A stretch of DNA of 64,000 nucleotides from Chiloscyllium plagiosum (GCF_004010195.1 NC_057718.1:77206202-77270201), one strand, 5' to 3'; positions 23,713 through 37,985 are shown, counted from the stretch's first letter. The notes: a model not told the origin generated them from the letters alone. Program-made: numbers and translations.

Positions 23713-25265
23713 CGTACTTAATCTATTTTGAAAGATATTTGCCACTTACATGCCTATTCTGAATTTTGATAAATATAGTCTGTATTTTCTTGCAATCCTC
23801 ATTTGAATAAGCCCTAATTTAGTCTTTTTGCAAATTTTGAAGTGGTGCTTCTGATTCCTTAGTCTATATTGTGAACGTAAGTGGGGAATAACAGTGGTCC
23901 AGCAAGAATTCTGATAGGACACTTTTTTGCCATTCTGAACAATTGCCTTTCACCCTTTCTGTTTACTATTTTGTAATCAGCTTTCTATCCATTTGGTCAC
24001 TTGTGTTCTAACTCTGACTTTAAACAGAGTCTGCTGTGCCTTCCTTTTTTTGAAATCCAATAATATTACATTATTTAACTAAACCTTATCTGCACTTTTT
24101 GTTACTTTTCTAAAGAATTTAAACAGCTTGGTTTGAAATCTGTACTGATTGTACTTAATTATATTTTCACTTTCTAGACCTTTTTCTGTTTCATTACCTT
24201 TCTAACCACCAATGTTTAACTGGCTTATAGTTTTCTGGATTTGTCCTGTCTCTATTCTTAGATATAGAAATCACATTAACATGCATAGTTTAGTACAACT
24301 AGAATACTCAAAGCAGGGCTCACAGTTTAAGAATGAAGGGTCTCCCAGTTAGAGATGAAGAGTTTTTTTTCTCTCTCAGAGGGTTGTGAGTCTTTGAAAT
24401 TGTCTTCCCCAGTGAGCAGTAGTGGGAGGCTCATAGAATATTTTTAAGGTGTAAATAGATAGCTTCTTGACTAATGAGGGGTGAAAAGTTATTATGCTAG
24501 GCCAGGGTGGGCAATTGAAGACACAACCGGTTTAATATGTTGGATGTCCAGCTCATAATCTGATCAGAACATGCTTTTGCTAGACTTCAACTGATTTTTC
24601 ATTCAGGCTTATAACAATTCTCTTAAGCAGGATCAGGTTGATGATTTTCACATCTAAAGTGTTATTCTCCGTAGATTTTTATAAATTCTAACAAAGTATT
24701 TTGAGCATTTTGTATTTTTATTTCCACTTTCCAATGTCTGTAGTATTTTTCCTGGAATTTTGTCGGATGGGGTGTGTAGTTGGAGGCTGAGGTGGTGTAT
24801 TAACATGGTTCCTATTTAATTAACATATCATCTAAATGCTATTCTGGATAAATATACCCTTCCTCCCTGGCCTCTTCTCCTTTTGTGCTGTGCAAAATGA
24901 TTGGAGACCTAACTTTACCCAGTAGGATGCAAAATAACAGAAGACTGCTCTCATCATCTTACATTCACCTTTTCCCACCAATTCTGCCCTTTCATATGCA
25001 TAACATTTGAACATTGCTCTCAAAGCTTGCATGTGGGAAGCTATTTGACATAGCAGACATTAGGAAAATCACTGTTGAGAAGTGTTTGCACAAGTTACAT
25101 GCCATAACATCAAACAGCAAGGAGGAATACAACATCATATTGCCCCTGCAATAGTGCATTTTGATTGATCCTTGATGAGCAAAAGTAAATTTGTTTCTTG
25201 CTATAAGCAGTGTATTATCATGATACTTTACTATAGTAATAAATATCACATTTAATAACATCTAG

Positions 25266-25394
25266 GTGTCAGATGCCATCATTAAAGGTACATCACAAAG
25301 AGTCTCATGCAGGCAAAGGAGTCGTAGTTCAACTCCAACTGGAAGAAGAATGCCTATGGAAAGAAGACTGACCCCTGTGGATTCTGAGCTGAAG
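25266..25394 (+). CDS. CENPJ-like gene, internal exon (phase 0 to 0, 43 codons)
   Basis: tctag|GTG...AAG|gtattg; open frame VSDAIIKGTSQRVSCRQRSRSSTPTGRRMPMERRLTPVDSELK, phase-compatible with the previous exon. Confidence 0.75.
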
Positions 25395-25835
25395 GTATTG
25401 CATACTTACTTTGAAGTTATTATTGCTCATTAATATATTTATCCAGTGAATAATGCTTAATACATGGTGATTTTTTATAGATATTTTTATTGAAAATTTA
25501 ACATTTTTACAAGTTTACAAAATTAAAAAAAAACCAAGTATAAACATTGATATACAATTAAATCTTAAATAAATAATAACCAAAATTTAACAAAAGAAAA
25601 ATACAGAGAAAAAAAACGAAACTCAATTAACTACTAATCTAATCTACAACTAACCAGAGTGTATAATTAAGTCTCTTACATTATTAAATAAGAGAAAAAA
25701 AACCCGACGGATAACACAGAAATTGGGTAGTGAGTGACATGCTCGGAATGTATTAACATCAAATGTAACAAAACCCAGATTCGTGCGGGATTCCTCTCCC
25801 AAGGGTCCCCGGACCAGCCAGGTTCACAATCTCCA

Positions 25836-28800
25836 TTAAATAAAAGTCCTTGTTAGGATGGCCAAAATATCTGTATTTATATAATTCAAGAAGGGCTGCC
25901 ATATTTTATGGAATAATGTAGTCTTTTGGTGCACGATATTTGTTAGGAAGTCAAGTGGAATACATTCCATAATTAATCTGTGCCAGTTTGAAAGTCCAGG
26001 GGGGCCCTCAGCCACCCAGTTTACCAAAATATTTTTCCTTGCACAGAAAGAGAGAATAGAAAATAATTTCTTCCCGTGCATATCCAGGGAGGGTAAGTTC
26101 GAAAAGCCCAATAGGAAAGTTACAGGGTCCACTCTAATTTCCGTTCCTAAAATTTCTGTCAGGGCACTTGCTACTTTAGTCCAATATCTACTGATCTTGT
26201 GACAGGTCCATAGGCAATGTACAAGAGTGCCCACCTCTATTTTACATTTGGGACACATTGGAGATGCTCCTGCCTTAAATTTTGCTAATCAATCCGGTGC
26301 TATATGGGCCCTATGAAGTATCTTCAGCTGAATAGCCTGAGTTCTGTTGCAGATGGTGATTCTTCTGGCGTTTTCCCAAATGTCATTCCACGTTTCTAAA
26401 GAGATTTCTAGTCCCAAATCCTGATCCCATGTTTTAAGCAGATTGTCCATATCTCCCAATACTTCATCATGTAGTAAATGATAAATAGTACTGACGGAAG
26501 ATACCCCCATTGGCCATAGCATTCTACATTCTCTATCTGATTTATAAAGACTATCTAATAACGCCCTCTTCTGTATGTAATCTCGAATTTGGAAGTATCG
26601 AAAGAGGTCTCCATTAGGTAATCCGAATTTCTGACACAGCTGTTCAAAAGACATCAGGACCCCTTCTTTAAATAGATCCCCTAAACAGGAGATACCCCTG
26701 GATCTCGAGTTTGAAAATGGTATCTGTAAACCCCGGTTGAAATCCCCATGCTCCCACTATCGGAGCATAGGGGGATGTTTTATGTGAGTTGCCCTCATTT
26801 TGTGGCATTATATTCCAAGCTTTAATTGTGTTTAGTATTATAGGGTTTTTACAGTGATCCGTAATGATTTTCCTCTTGTCTGAAAATAAAAGGTTAATAA
26901 GTGGGTATTTTACTTGAGAAGCCTCGATGTCCAACCAGATTGATTGCGGGCCTGACAAGACCTAATCAGCTATGTAACTGAATAGGGAACTTAACTGATA
27001 TTTCCTGAAATCTGGGAAATCCAATCCTCCCCTTGCCTGTGGTAGCTGTAGCTTCTTCAGCTTAATGAGGGGCTGTCTATGATTCCAGATAAAGGAACCC
27101 AGCCAGCCATATAATTTACGTAGTGCCAGCCTCGGCAGCATCAGCGGAAGCATTCTCATAGGGTATAGGAGACAGGACAGGACATTCATTTTAATTAGTG
27201 CTATTCTGCCTAACCAGGAAATTGGAAGGTCTCCCCATCGCTGGAGGTCCTTCCTTATCCTTTCCAGTAAATGCACAAAGTTAGCCTTGTATAACTGACC
27301 AAATACTGGGGTAATAAAAATGCTTAAATATAAAAAACCCTCCAGGGATCACCGAAAGGGAAAGTGGGATCCGTCCAATAAATGGGATATACTTGTGAGG
27401 CCACCCATTGGCATGGCCTCCGATTTTGAGAGATTAATTTTGTAACCTGAAAATACACTAAATGTATTAATAACTTGGATTAAGTGAGGCACGGACATCA
27501 AAGGATTACTGAGAAATAGAAGATCATCTGCATATGGGTTAATTTTATGTTTACCTATACCAATCCTCGGGGCTGTTATATTAGGGTCAGCCGGTATAGC
27601 TTCTGCTATATTATTAGCGTAAATAGCAATGGCGAGAGAGGACATCCCTGATGGCAGCCCCTATCCGCACTGAAGCTATCCGAGCCTAATCCATTGGTAA
27701 TCACAACTGCTTTGCGATCACTATACAGTGTTGAGACCCATTTGATAAACACCTTTCCAACGCCAACCCTTTCCAATGTGTAAAACAAATATGACCATTC
27801 AACCCTGTTGAATGCCTTTTCCGCGTCTAATGAGACTATAACTCCTGGTATCTTTCCCTGATGGCAGGCTTGGATCACATTCAAAACCTTCTAACATTAT
27901 TGGATGATCTACGGCCCTTAATAAACCCCGTCTGATCCTCCTTTATGATATGTGGCAATACCCTTTCTAGCCTCAATGCTAACGTTTTAGAGAGGATTTT
28001 AAAATCTACACTTAGCAAGGATATTGGTCTGTATGACGCGCAATCTTCTGGGTCCTTTCCTTTTTTAAGGATAAGAGAGATATTTGCCTCTTTCAGTGAA
28101 GGCAGGAGACAGCCCTGACTGTATGATTAGTTATACATGTCCATAAGTGGACCAGCCAATATTCCTGTAAATTCTTTATAGACTTCAGCTTGAAAGCCAT
28201 CTGGGCCAGGTGCCTTACCGCTCTGAAGTTGCCTGATTGCGTCAAGTACTTCTTGGATGGTTAGGGGACATTCAAGACCGATACCTGTTCTGGAGTTAGG
28301 TCCGGAAAGGTCAAGTTTTAAAAAAATGATTGCATCCTCCTAGTCCTGTCTTCACAATCCTGCGATTTATATAAATCAGAATAAAATTTTCTAAAGATTG
28401 CGTTAATCCTTTTATGATCATGAGTCAAAATACCCGTACTTTCCTTGATAGACGTGATAGTTTGAGGGGCCTTCTTTTTCTTTGCAAGAAATGCTTAGTA
28501 TCTACCAAATTCATATAACCTTTGTTTTGCAAATAATATTTCCCTCTTAGCCGTTTGGGTAAGAATGGTGGTTAGAGCTGTCCTAAGGGCCTTAATCCTT
28601 TGCAATTTGATAATAGAAGGTCTGTCAGCATATGCTGTTTCAGCCGCTTTTAAGCGAGCTTCAAGCAGATGCTGTTGTTCTCCCTTTAATTTTTTCTGGG
28701 TCGCTGAGTATGAGATGATCAAACCTCGCGCGTAAGCTTTGATGGTCTCCCACATCATTGATGGGTTGCTAGCCGTACCTAAATTAATTTATAGAAAAGT

Positions 28801-29615
28801 TTTAAATTCTTGAGAGAAGTACTTTACAAATTTACTACCTTTCATTCAGGAAGGTGTCCATATGCCAATGCTGGGGGGGAATATCTCATTGTTCCTCGCC
28901 TTGATTTCCATATATACAGCAGCATGATCGGAAATTGCTATACTGCCTATTTTACAGATTGATATGGAATTTAAAAAAAATCAAGGGGGCAAAAAACATA
29001 TCGATTCTGGTATGGGATTTATGTGGATTGGAGTAAAAAGAAAAATCTCTGCCCTGTGGATGGAGGCATCTCCATATATCTACTAGTCCTAATTCTTTGT
29101 TCAAATCCACCAATTGTCTAGATCTGGGCGATACTCCCGCAGTACTCTTGGGAATCCTGTCTATTTCCGGATCCATAATACAACTAAAGTCTCCCGTATA
29201 ATTGTATGACGAGCACGAGAGCCATCAATTTTGAGAAGGCTTCCATTATAAATTTAAAAGGATGTGCCGGGGGACAATACAAATTTAAAATCCCATATTT
29301 CTTTCCATTTATAAGGGCTTTAATCAGAATATATCGTCCAGATTCGTCTTTTATCTGATTTAGGATTTTGAAAGGAAAATTCTTCCGAATAAGAACAACA
29401 ACTCCCCTGCTTTTTGAGCTAAAAGAAGAAATAAAAGCCTGATCAAATCCACCCTGTCGTAATTTCAAGTGTTCTTTATCCAATAAGTGTGTTTCCTGTA
29501 GGAGAGCTATATCAACCCTTTTTTTCTTGAGGTTTGATAACATTTTCTTCCTTTTGACTGGTGAGTTACTCCCCTTGACATTCCAGGTGCACCACTTAAC
29601 CGACTGATCAACCAT
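25836..29615 (-). pseudogene. L1 ORF2 (APE endonuclease, RT, CCHC finger), frameshifted
   Basis: MVDQSVKWCTWNVKG..LLQETH, SLDAEKAF, GCHQGCPLSPLLF, YADD, CPKC..HCLWTC, split over several ORFs. Confidence 0.92.
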
Positions 29616-30339
29616 GATCGTCCGGGCAAATCCGAGACCCCTTGGGAGGGGAAACCCTATCCAGAACATCCCGAGCATAGAGCATATAAAATTCACAAAA
29701 ATAAAAGCTCTCTAATACACTCACAACAGTATAGTAAAAAACTATTTCTAAATTTCAAAAAATGTATTTAAATGGAGATTTTATCCCTTGTTCCCAGGGG
29801 GTGTCACTTCCTTTCCAAAAGTCCATCGTATCCTCTCCCAACCAGTGCCCCACCCTTGACCCAGGCGCTCCTCAATAGGATGAAGAAAATTCAAATATAC
29901 TACAGAGCTAGAGTTAACAGTGAGCACCCTACCCCCACCCCCCACCCACACCAACACCTGGATATATTTGGTAATGTTAATACCATGTATAAACATATAT
30001 AACTATAAAATTACAACCTCAACAAGTAATAATTAAATATAATAATACAAAATAACAAGGGAAAACCACCCCGCTCCTAGAGCCGGAGGTAAAATAGAAT
30101 AAGGTAACCACCTCCCCCTACCAACATTAACTAGACCCCCGGCCTATATATAGAATAAAAAAACAGGGGGAGGGAGAAAATCGTTAAGTAGAGAACAAAT
30201 AAATAAATCCCTCTCCCCACCCCCCAAGATAATATTAAACAGTAAGGTAAAAAAACAGGATTAATATATAAAAAAAAGGGAGGCGGGGTGTAAACCAGAG
30301 TGGGGGGAAAGCAAATCAACATCAATTATCTCTTACAAT

Positions 30340-31173
30340 TTATCTAAGAGAGTCCAAAAATTCCTTGACCTTTTCCGGCGATCCGAAGTTATACACGGAC
30401 CCTTCATGTTTAAAGCGTAGCGTTGCTGGGTAGTGCAAGGAGTACTGAATATTTAAGTCCCTTAAACACTTCTTCGCCTCATCAAACGCCTTCCTCTTTC
30501 GGACCAGAGCTGGGGAAAAGTCCTGGAATAACACGATCTTGGATCCTTTTACGATCATGGCCTGGGGATCTTTTCCAAGATTTCCGGAGGCTTCTAAGAG
30601 TATCTGCCTCTCCTTGTAACTCTGCAGCCGGAACAGGACCGGGCGGGGTCACGTATTGCAACCTGGTAGGCCCATTCCACCTTTACCTGGCCTGATCCAG
30701 CCTCCAGATTTAAAAGCTGTGGAAGCCACTGTTCAAGGAACACTAAGCTGGCCTTCCTCTTTCCGTTCGGGAAGGCCCAGCAAACGAATGTTTTTGACGA
30801 CCTCAATTCTCGAGGTCGTCTGTGTGATTCTCTAAGGTCCAGACTCGCTGTTGGAGAGTCCGGACCCAATCCACGGCCGATTGTGCTGTAGTTTCGGAGG
30901 TCACAGCCTTTAGCTCCGCCTCTCCGACTCGCCGCTCAATTTCCTTGATGTCTCGGCCGTGCTTTTGCAGTGCGGCCAAGAGTGAGTCCCATCGGCTTCG
31001 GAATTCTTCAATAAAAGTGTCGATCTTCACTTCGACTTTGGAGATTATTTCCACGAGGCTCGTCACCGTAAGTAAGCTCCCGGGGCGGCTGCGGACGCCT
31101 CTGCTGCAGCTGGAGAGGGTGGGGGAGGGGTTCATGCCTGCTGAGAGCTGCGGGCTACCTTCCCTTTAGTCAT
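30340..31173 (-). pseudogene. L1 ORF1p (coiled coil, RRM, CTD), disrupted
   Basis: ATG at 31173 followed by an early stop; coiled coil (IKEIERRVGEAE..DDLEN) and C-terminal LFQDFSPALVRKRKAF..YPATL. Confidence 0.88.
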
Positions 31174-31394
31174 TTTTACTGGAGATTAAATTGTTTAAAT
31201 TCAGTACTAAACAATTAATTACATTAAGTAAAAACTATTTTAAATGATTTGGTGAGTGTGGTGGGGGTGAGTGACCCACTTTGCCCAAGTCTTGGGAGGA
31301 ACACTGTAGACTCAGACTTGCTGGGTCACCGCCATCTTGGATCCCCACATGGTGATTTTAAGTCAGTGCAGTACTTGAGTTGTGGCAATTCTTG

Positions 31395-31720
31395 TGACAG
31401 TACTTGTGACAATTCCAAAGTCATATGCTATTAAAATCAACCAGACCAGACCAAACCAGAGCCCCTCAGAATATTTTAAGAAGGTGGCCAAGAACCTAAC
31501 TTTTTCCTATTTTTATGGTAGATGTGAAGAGCGAGTTTCCAGAAGCAATGTGACTGATCAAACTATTCAACATTAAGCAAAACACAATTTATTTAAGAGC
31601 TACACATTATAGTTAATACTGTAGTTAAAATAAAAATAAAAGAAAGAGGAATTTAAAATAACTTTACAATTGGAAGACTTAACTGAATAATAAATACAGT
31701 ACCTATACTAATTAACAATT
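31395..31720 (-). mobile_element. LTR fragment (family of the 55072-55719 LTR)
   Basis: Reverse complement resembles 55480-55719. Confidence 0.6.
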
Positions 31721-34118
31721 CTGGTTAATCCAAGGTGTAAAAAATTGTGGCTGTCTTGGGTAAAATTTGTAAATAGTCTTAGATGGGGCACTGGAAGTGT
31801 ACTAGCTCATAATTTATTGCCACTGACCTTGGTTCAGTTTTCCTATCATGGCCTGAACGCTGCACAACTTTCCATCTGGGAAAATTGGCGATAGGGTAGA
31901 ATGAATGGCTACCCAACTGCAAACTGACTGGATCAGTTATGAGGCCTTTAAAGCCAAATACCACATGTTTAACCCTTTAAATTTTTGCAGTGATAACCCT
32001 TATATAAGACTGTGGTTATATTGTATTGAATATTAGACATGACACTACTTGAGCAATGATATCCAAGCAAAACAGAATGACCATTATGCTTGAGGAGAAA
32101 ATCAATGTTCACATAACTACTCCCTGAGACCCCATCTTGTCAACCAATATGCATAATACCTTCATAATGTCTGTTGTTATGGTCTCAGTTGATGGTAATT
32201 TTAGACAAGTCAGATTCCAGAACAAAACCTGGCTTGGGCGATTTTTTTTAAATCGGTTAATCTGATGGTTAATCAATGAAACATATTCACATTTGGCTGC
32301 AGATGTTCAATAGTAGCAGATTAAAAGTTTATTACATAAAAACAGTATAGATCAAATATATTGATACAGAAGACAGTTTAGAATATTTCAACACAAGTGG
32401 CTAAACAAATCTCAGCACTAAAATGAAAACAAATTAACATAAATGTTGGAAATCTGACTTAAAATATAAAATGTTTTGGATAAGGTTCATATTGGACTTG
32501 CTAAGTTGCTTCAGCATTTTTAATTTTTAAACTAAGTTTCAACCTCTTTCTCAAACTATCTGTTGTAGAAATTCAAGTTCAGAGAAATTATACTCCTAGC
32601 TCAATTCTTTAAATTTATACTTAACTGACTTCTTTCAAGTTCTATCAATATATCACATCTTATAATCTTTAATTCTGCTTCTCTACATGTTATTTGACCA
32701 CGTCACAGTGTGGCTCAAATAAGGCACCTTTGCTTTGGCAAATTCACTTCTAGCCAAATGTATGACTAAATTAACTCCTTGTAATTGATCAAATAGTTAA
32801 TTCAAGTTGTGTAAATATTCTTCCTAGGTTTAGCTGAAAATAACCAAGTCATCAAGTGTGTACAATACAGTTAAACAGTCCTTTATTACTTTCTTGGTTA
32901 CTCATTGGCAGGTTACTGGTATAATCTTCATTCCAAATGGCATGACTTTACATTGTTAAAGTCTTTCAGGTGTTTTAAAGTCTGATGTTTCTTGGCTCGA
33001 CCAATCAATAGAACTCGATGCTAACCTTTTAGCAAGTCAGATTTGGTGATGAATTGTGCATGTTCAATGCTGTCTTTTAGTCATGGAATAAGATAACAGT
33101 CTGCTTTTGATACTGCATTGACTTTGTGATAATCAGTCCAAAATCTTTGTTATCCATCTAGTTTCAGCATCTTCATTACAGGGGAGTTCCAGCTACCAAG
33201 GGTGGAATCTTCACAGCCCCTGAATAATATAGGCATTGGTGAGAAAAGTTGGGAGAATAAAGTGTGATGTCCAGCAAATAACTTCCCAATGAGAGCAATA
33301 AATCCCATTGTCAGCTGTGAGATGATATTCTTGCCAATGAGTGATGAGAGGCCTATTTGGATGCATAAGCAAGTATTCACATGCACTTATATCCTCATTA
33401 TTGCACTCTCTTGTCTCGTTGATACGCAGTTTCCTATTCTTGTACTCATCACATAGAAACTAGACAATGCCAAATCTTCATAGGTAAGTCAGAGTAGTAA
33501 CCTGGCAACTCAAACTTGCTGCATGCTTCTTCAGACCTCCATCAGTCATAAATATCCCAGAGCATGATTCATGGACTGCAACCCAATGCATCCCAAGGAA
33601 AGCAGAATCTAAAGCTTCCCATTGGTAAAGCTAGGTACCAATTACTCTCTGTCCCACAATGTCCAGGGCAAATGAAATGGATCCTACAGAGCAATAATTG
33701 ACCAGATGCATAGCTGATATTTAAAGATTAAGCCAATACAAGGAATCCTGAGATGTCACAGCAGCGGCTAGTACATTTGCCTACATTGAGTAGAGAATAT
33801 GATGAGTGGAGTGCCATAGGGGATTGGTGTATAGATGATGAGGTAGGTTTGGGAAGATAGCATGACAAAAGTTTCCAGAGATTAATGAGAGAAACCCTAA
33901 ATGAAACTAAGCTAATTTATAGTAGGCTCCAATCCCATAAATGTTTGCTCATATTATTGTTCATCATGAGCGTAATTTCTTCCCTCACTTTAGGTAACTC
34001 ATCTGGATTAAGTCCATAAAGGGTTTTAAGTAACATATTCCCTCATTAACGTCATGTATATCTAAAGATATTTTTCCTGGCCTATTCAGACAAATTCATT
34101 TGAATCTCAATAGCATTT

Positions 34119-34352
34119 ATAAAATTATATGAACTTACCTCGGGTGTTCAGTGTTCTCCATTTTGCCAGCAGCAGTAGCAGTGGGGGGAGTGACAGCGAG
34201 GACAAGGAGCCTGCCGACAAGGTAAATTAAAAATTATATAAACTTACCTCGGGTGTTCAGCAGTGTCCATTTTGCCAGTAACAGTAGCAGTAGGAGGAGC
34301 AACAGTGAGGACTTGCTGGAAGGTACATTTAAAATTATATAAACCTATCTCG
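34119..34352 (+). repeat. Tandem ~105-110 bp monomers (two plus a partial) in the CR1 5' UTR
   Basis: AAAATTATAT(G/A)AACTTACCTCGGGTGTTCAG...CCATTTTGCCAG..CAGTAGCAGT recurs at ~34121 and ~34230, with a partial third start at ~34331. Confidence 0.85.
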
Positions 34353-37300
34353 TGAATAGGCAGAGTGCACACTGAGCAGGAGCGGACACGGGACTGCTAA
34401 GTAAAGTAACATATTTGAGTCATTGCATTACCTGAAACACTACTTAGGTAGTGTCTCCCACCCATCCTCCTCCTTCAACCAAAACAAAAGGTTCTGTCCG
34501 CCGGATTGGTAAGGTAACTAGTTATTTTTTATTCTTTAGTTTTCTTCAGTCTCTTTGGGAACTTAGACCACTGAGGATGGTGGTTAGGGCAGTTGAAAGT
34601 TCCTCCTTAGGAATGTGGTGGGGTAAGGGTCACCACTAGTGTCCCTGCTGACTGCATCTGTGGGAAGTGCACCCAACTCCAGCTCCTCGAAAACCACATT
34701 AGGGAACTGCAGCTGAAGCTGGAGCTGGATGAACTTCGGATCATTCGGGAGGTGGAGGGGTTATTGAATGGAGTTACAGGAAGGTAGTCACACCTTAGGT
34801 ACAAGAAAAAGGCAGATGGGTTACTGTCAGGGGATGGAACAGGAACCGGTAGGTAGTGCAGGGAACCCCTGTGGCTGTTCCCCTCAATCCTGGATCCTGT
34901 TGGGGGGCGATTTACCTGCGGTAAGCCATGGGCTACAGGTCTCTGGTAGAAAGTCTGTCCCTGTTGTTCAGAAAGGAAGTGGGAAGATGAGCAGAACATT
35001 ACTCATTGGGGACTCCATAGTTAGGGGGACAGATAGGAAATTCTCTGGGAATGAGAGAGACTTGCGGTTGATGTATTGCCTCCAAGGTGCCAGGGGTCTT
35101 GAAGTCTCGGATCATGTTTTCGGAATCCATGAGGTGAAGGGGGAGCAGCCCCAAGTTGTGGTCCACATAGATACTAATGACATAGGAAAAGGGATGGATT
35201 CGTACATGGAACTGTGATGTTGTTGCCATTACGGAGTCTTGGATATCACAGGGGCAGAAATGATTCTTGGATGTTCCAGGGTTTAGATGGTTCAAAAGGA
35301 TTAGGTTGGGAGGTAAAAGAGGTGGGGGAATGGCATTGCTAATCAGAGATAGTATCACAGCTGCAGAAAGGGAGATTGTCGAGGAGGATTTGTCTACAGA
35401 GGCAGTATGGGTGGAAGTCAGAAACAGGTAAGGAGCAGTCATTTTATTGGACATTTTTGACAGATCCTCCAATAGCAACAGAGACATGGAGAAGCAGATT
35501 AGGAGTCAAATTTTGGAAAGGTGCAGAATTAACAGGGTTGTTATCATGGTTGACTTTAATTACCCTAATATTGATTGGAACCTCCTTAGTTCAAATAGTT
35601 TGGATGGGTCAATTTTTGTCAGCTGTGTCCAGGAAGCGTTCCTGACTCACTATGTAGATAGGCTGATTAGAGGGGAGGCCATATTGGATTTAGTGCTTGG
35701 CAACGAACCATACCAGGTGTCCAATCTCTCGGTGGGAGAGCATTTTGGTGATAATGATCAAACTCACTGACCTTCTATGTACTCATGGAGAAGGATAGGA
35801 GCAGATGGTATGAGAAAGTATTTAATTGGGGGAGGCAGAATTACAATGCTATTAGGCAGGAACTAGGGTGCCTAATTTGGGAACAGATGTTCTCAAGGAA
35901 ATGCACGACAGAAATGTGGAGGTTTTTTATGGAGCTCTTCCTGATAGTGCTGGACAGGTTTGTCCTACTGAGGCAAGGGAGGGATGGGAGATTGAAAGAA
36001 CCATGGGTGACAAGGGATTTGGAAAATCTCTCTAGTCAAGAGGAAGAAGGATGCTTATTAAGGTTGAGGAGGCAAGGATCTGACAGGGCTCTAGAGGGTT
36101 ACAAGGTACCCAGGAAGGAATTGAAGAATGGACTTACGGGATTTAGAAGGGGGCATGACAAAGCTTTAGCGGGTAGGACTAAGGAAAACCCTAAGGCATT
36201 GTACACTTATGTGAGGAATAAAAGCTGGCCAAAGTGAGGGTAAGGCCGATCAGTGATAGTGGAGAGAGCTCGTGCCTGGAGTCAGAGGAGGTAGGAGAGG
36301 TCCTTAATGAATATTTTGTTTCAGTATTTACTATTGAGAGGCTCTTGTCGTTTGTGAGGACAGTGTGAAACAGACTGATATGTAACAGATTGATGTTAAT
36401 AAAGAGGATGTGCTGACAATGTTGAAAAACATAAGGAAAGATAAGTGCCCTGGGCCAGCCGGTATATACCCAGGTTACTACAGGAAGCAAGAGAAGAGAT
36501 TGCTGCACCTTTGGTGATGATCTTTGTGTCCTCACTGTCCACTGGAGTAGTTCCAGATGATTGAAGGGTGACAAATACTATTCCCTTTTTCAAGAAGGGG
36601 AAGAGGGATAATCCTGGGAGCTACAGACCATCAATGTTACATCTGTGGTGTGCAAATTGTTGGAGAGGATTTTGAGAGACAGGATTTATGATTATTTTGA
36701 AAACCATAGTTTGATTTGAGATAGCCAGTATGGTTTTGTGAGGGACAGGTCATGCCTCACAAACCTTATTGAATTCTTTGAGGATGTGACAAAACACGTT
36801 GATGAAGGTAGAGCAGTCGATGTGGCATACATGGATTTTAGCAAGGCATTTGATAAGGTTCCCCATTGTAGGATCATTCAGAAAGTAAGGAGGCATGGGA
36901 TACAGGGAAATGTGTTTGTCTGGATACAGAATTGGCTGGCCCATAGAAGACTGAGGGTGGTTGTAGATGGAAGATAGATTGAGCTTGATGACGAGTGGTG
37001 TTCCACAGGGATCGGTTCTGGGACCTCTCGTCTTTGTGATTTTTATAAATGACTTGGATGAGGAAGTGGAAGGGTGGGTTAGTAAGTTTACCAATGACAC
37101 ATAGGTTGGTAAAGTGGTGGATAGTGGAGGGCTATTGTAGATTGCAATGGTACATTGACAGGATGAAGAACTGGGCTGAGAAGTGGGAGATGAGTTCAAC
37201 CTGGAAAAGTGCGAAGTGATTCATTTTGGAAGATTGAATTTGAATGCAGAATGCAGGGTTAAAGGCAGGATTTTTGGCAGTATGGAGGAACAGAGGAATC

Positions 37301-37985
37301 TTGGGGTCTATGTCCATAGATCCCTTAAAATTGCCATCCAAGTTGATAGAGTTATTAAGAAGGTGTATAATGTGTTCATGATTTGGAGATATAGTGTGTT
37401 GGCTTTCATTAGCAGGGGGCTTGAGTTTAAGAGTCATGAGGTCATGCTGCAGCTCTATAGAACCCTGGTTCGACCACACTTGGAATATTGTGTTCAGTTC
37501 TGGTTGCCTCATTATAGTAAGTATGTGGAAGCTTTAGAGAGGGTGTAGAGGAGATTTGCTAGTATGCTGCCTGGACTGGAGGGCATGTCTTATGATGTAA
37601 GCTTGAGGGAGCTCGGGCTTTTCTCATTGGAACGAAGAAGAATGAGAGATGACTTGATAGAGGTGTACAAATTGTTAAGAGGCATAGTTAAAGTGAATAG
37701 CCAGAAACTTTTTCCCAGGGTGGAAATGGCTATCACGAGGGGGCATAATTTTAAGGTGATTGGAGGAAGGTTTAGGGGAGATGTCAAAGGTAGCGTCTTT
37801 ACACAGTGCGTGGAACACACTGCCAACGATGGTCGTAGAGTCAGATACATTAGGGACATTTAAGAGACTCATGGATAGGCACATGGAAGATGTGTATGTA
37901 GGTTAGTTTGATCTTAGAATATGATAAAAGTTCGGCACAACATCAAGGGCCGAAGGGCCTGTACTGAGCTGTACTGTTCTATATT
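34119..37985 (+). mobile_element. Near full-length CR1 LINE with internal deletion
   Basis: 5' tandem repeats; ORF1 zinc finger/leucine zipper (DCICGKCTQLQLLENHIRELQLKL) and SGNH esterase (LLIGDSIVRG, VVVHIDTNDI) joined at ~35200 to the endonuclease (DVVAITESW); RT ([31 protein letters not shown]); tail CTGTACTG..TTCTAT. Confidence 0.92.

Larger units (their letters stand above)
25475..31346 (-). mobile_element. Full-length (~5.9 kb) L1 LINE, inactivated, antisense to the host gene
   Basis: 13-bp TSD ACATGGTGATTTT (25462-25474 and 31347-31359) at a TTTT/AA site; 5' end GGGGATCCAAGATGGCGG; ORF1, ~720-bp spacer, ORF2, 3' UTR, short A tail. Confidence 0.95.

Noticed and set aside
32828..32880. 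Candidate host exon after ttcctag
   Set aside because: Early stops and no convincing donor.
33150..33900. Possible retroelement pol remnant
   Set aside because: Too decayed for any diagnostic motif to be identified.
34119..34352. Repeat array as CRISPR-like
   Set aside because: Whole units repeat with no unique spacers; eukaryotic LINE 5' UTR; no cas genes.
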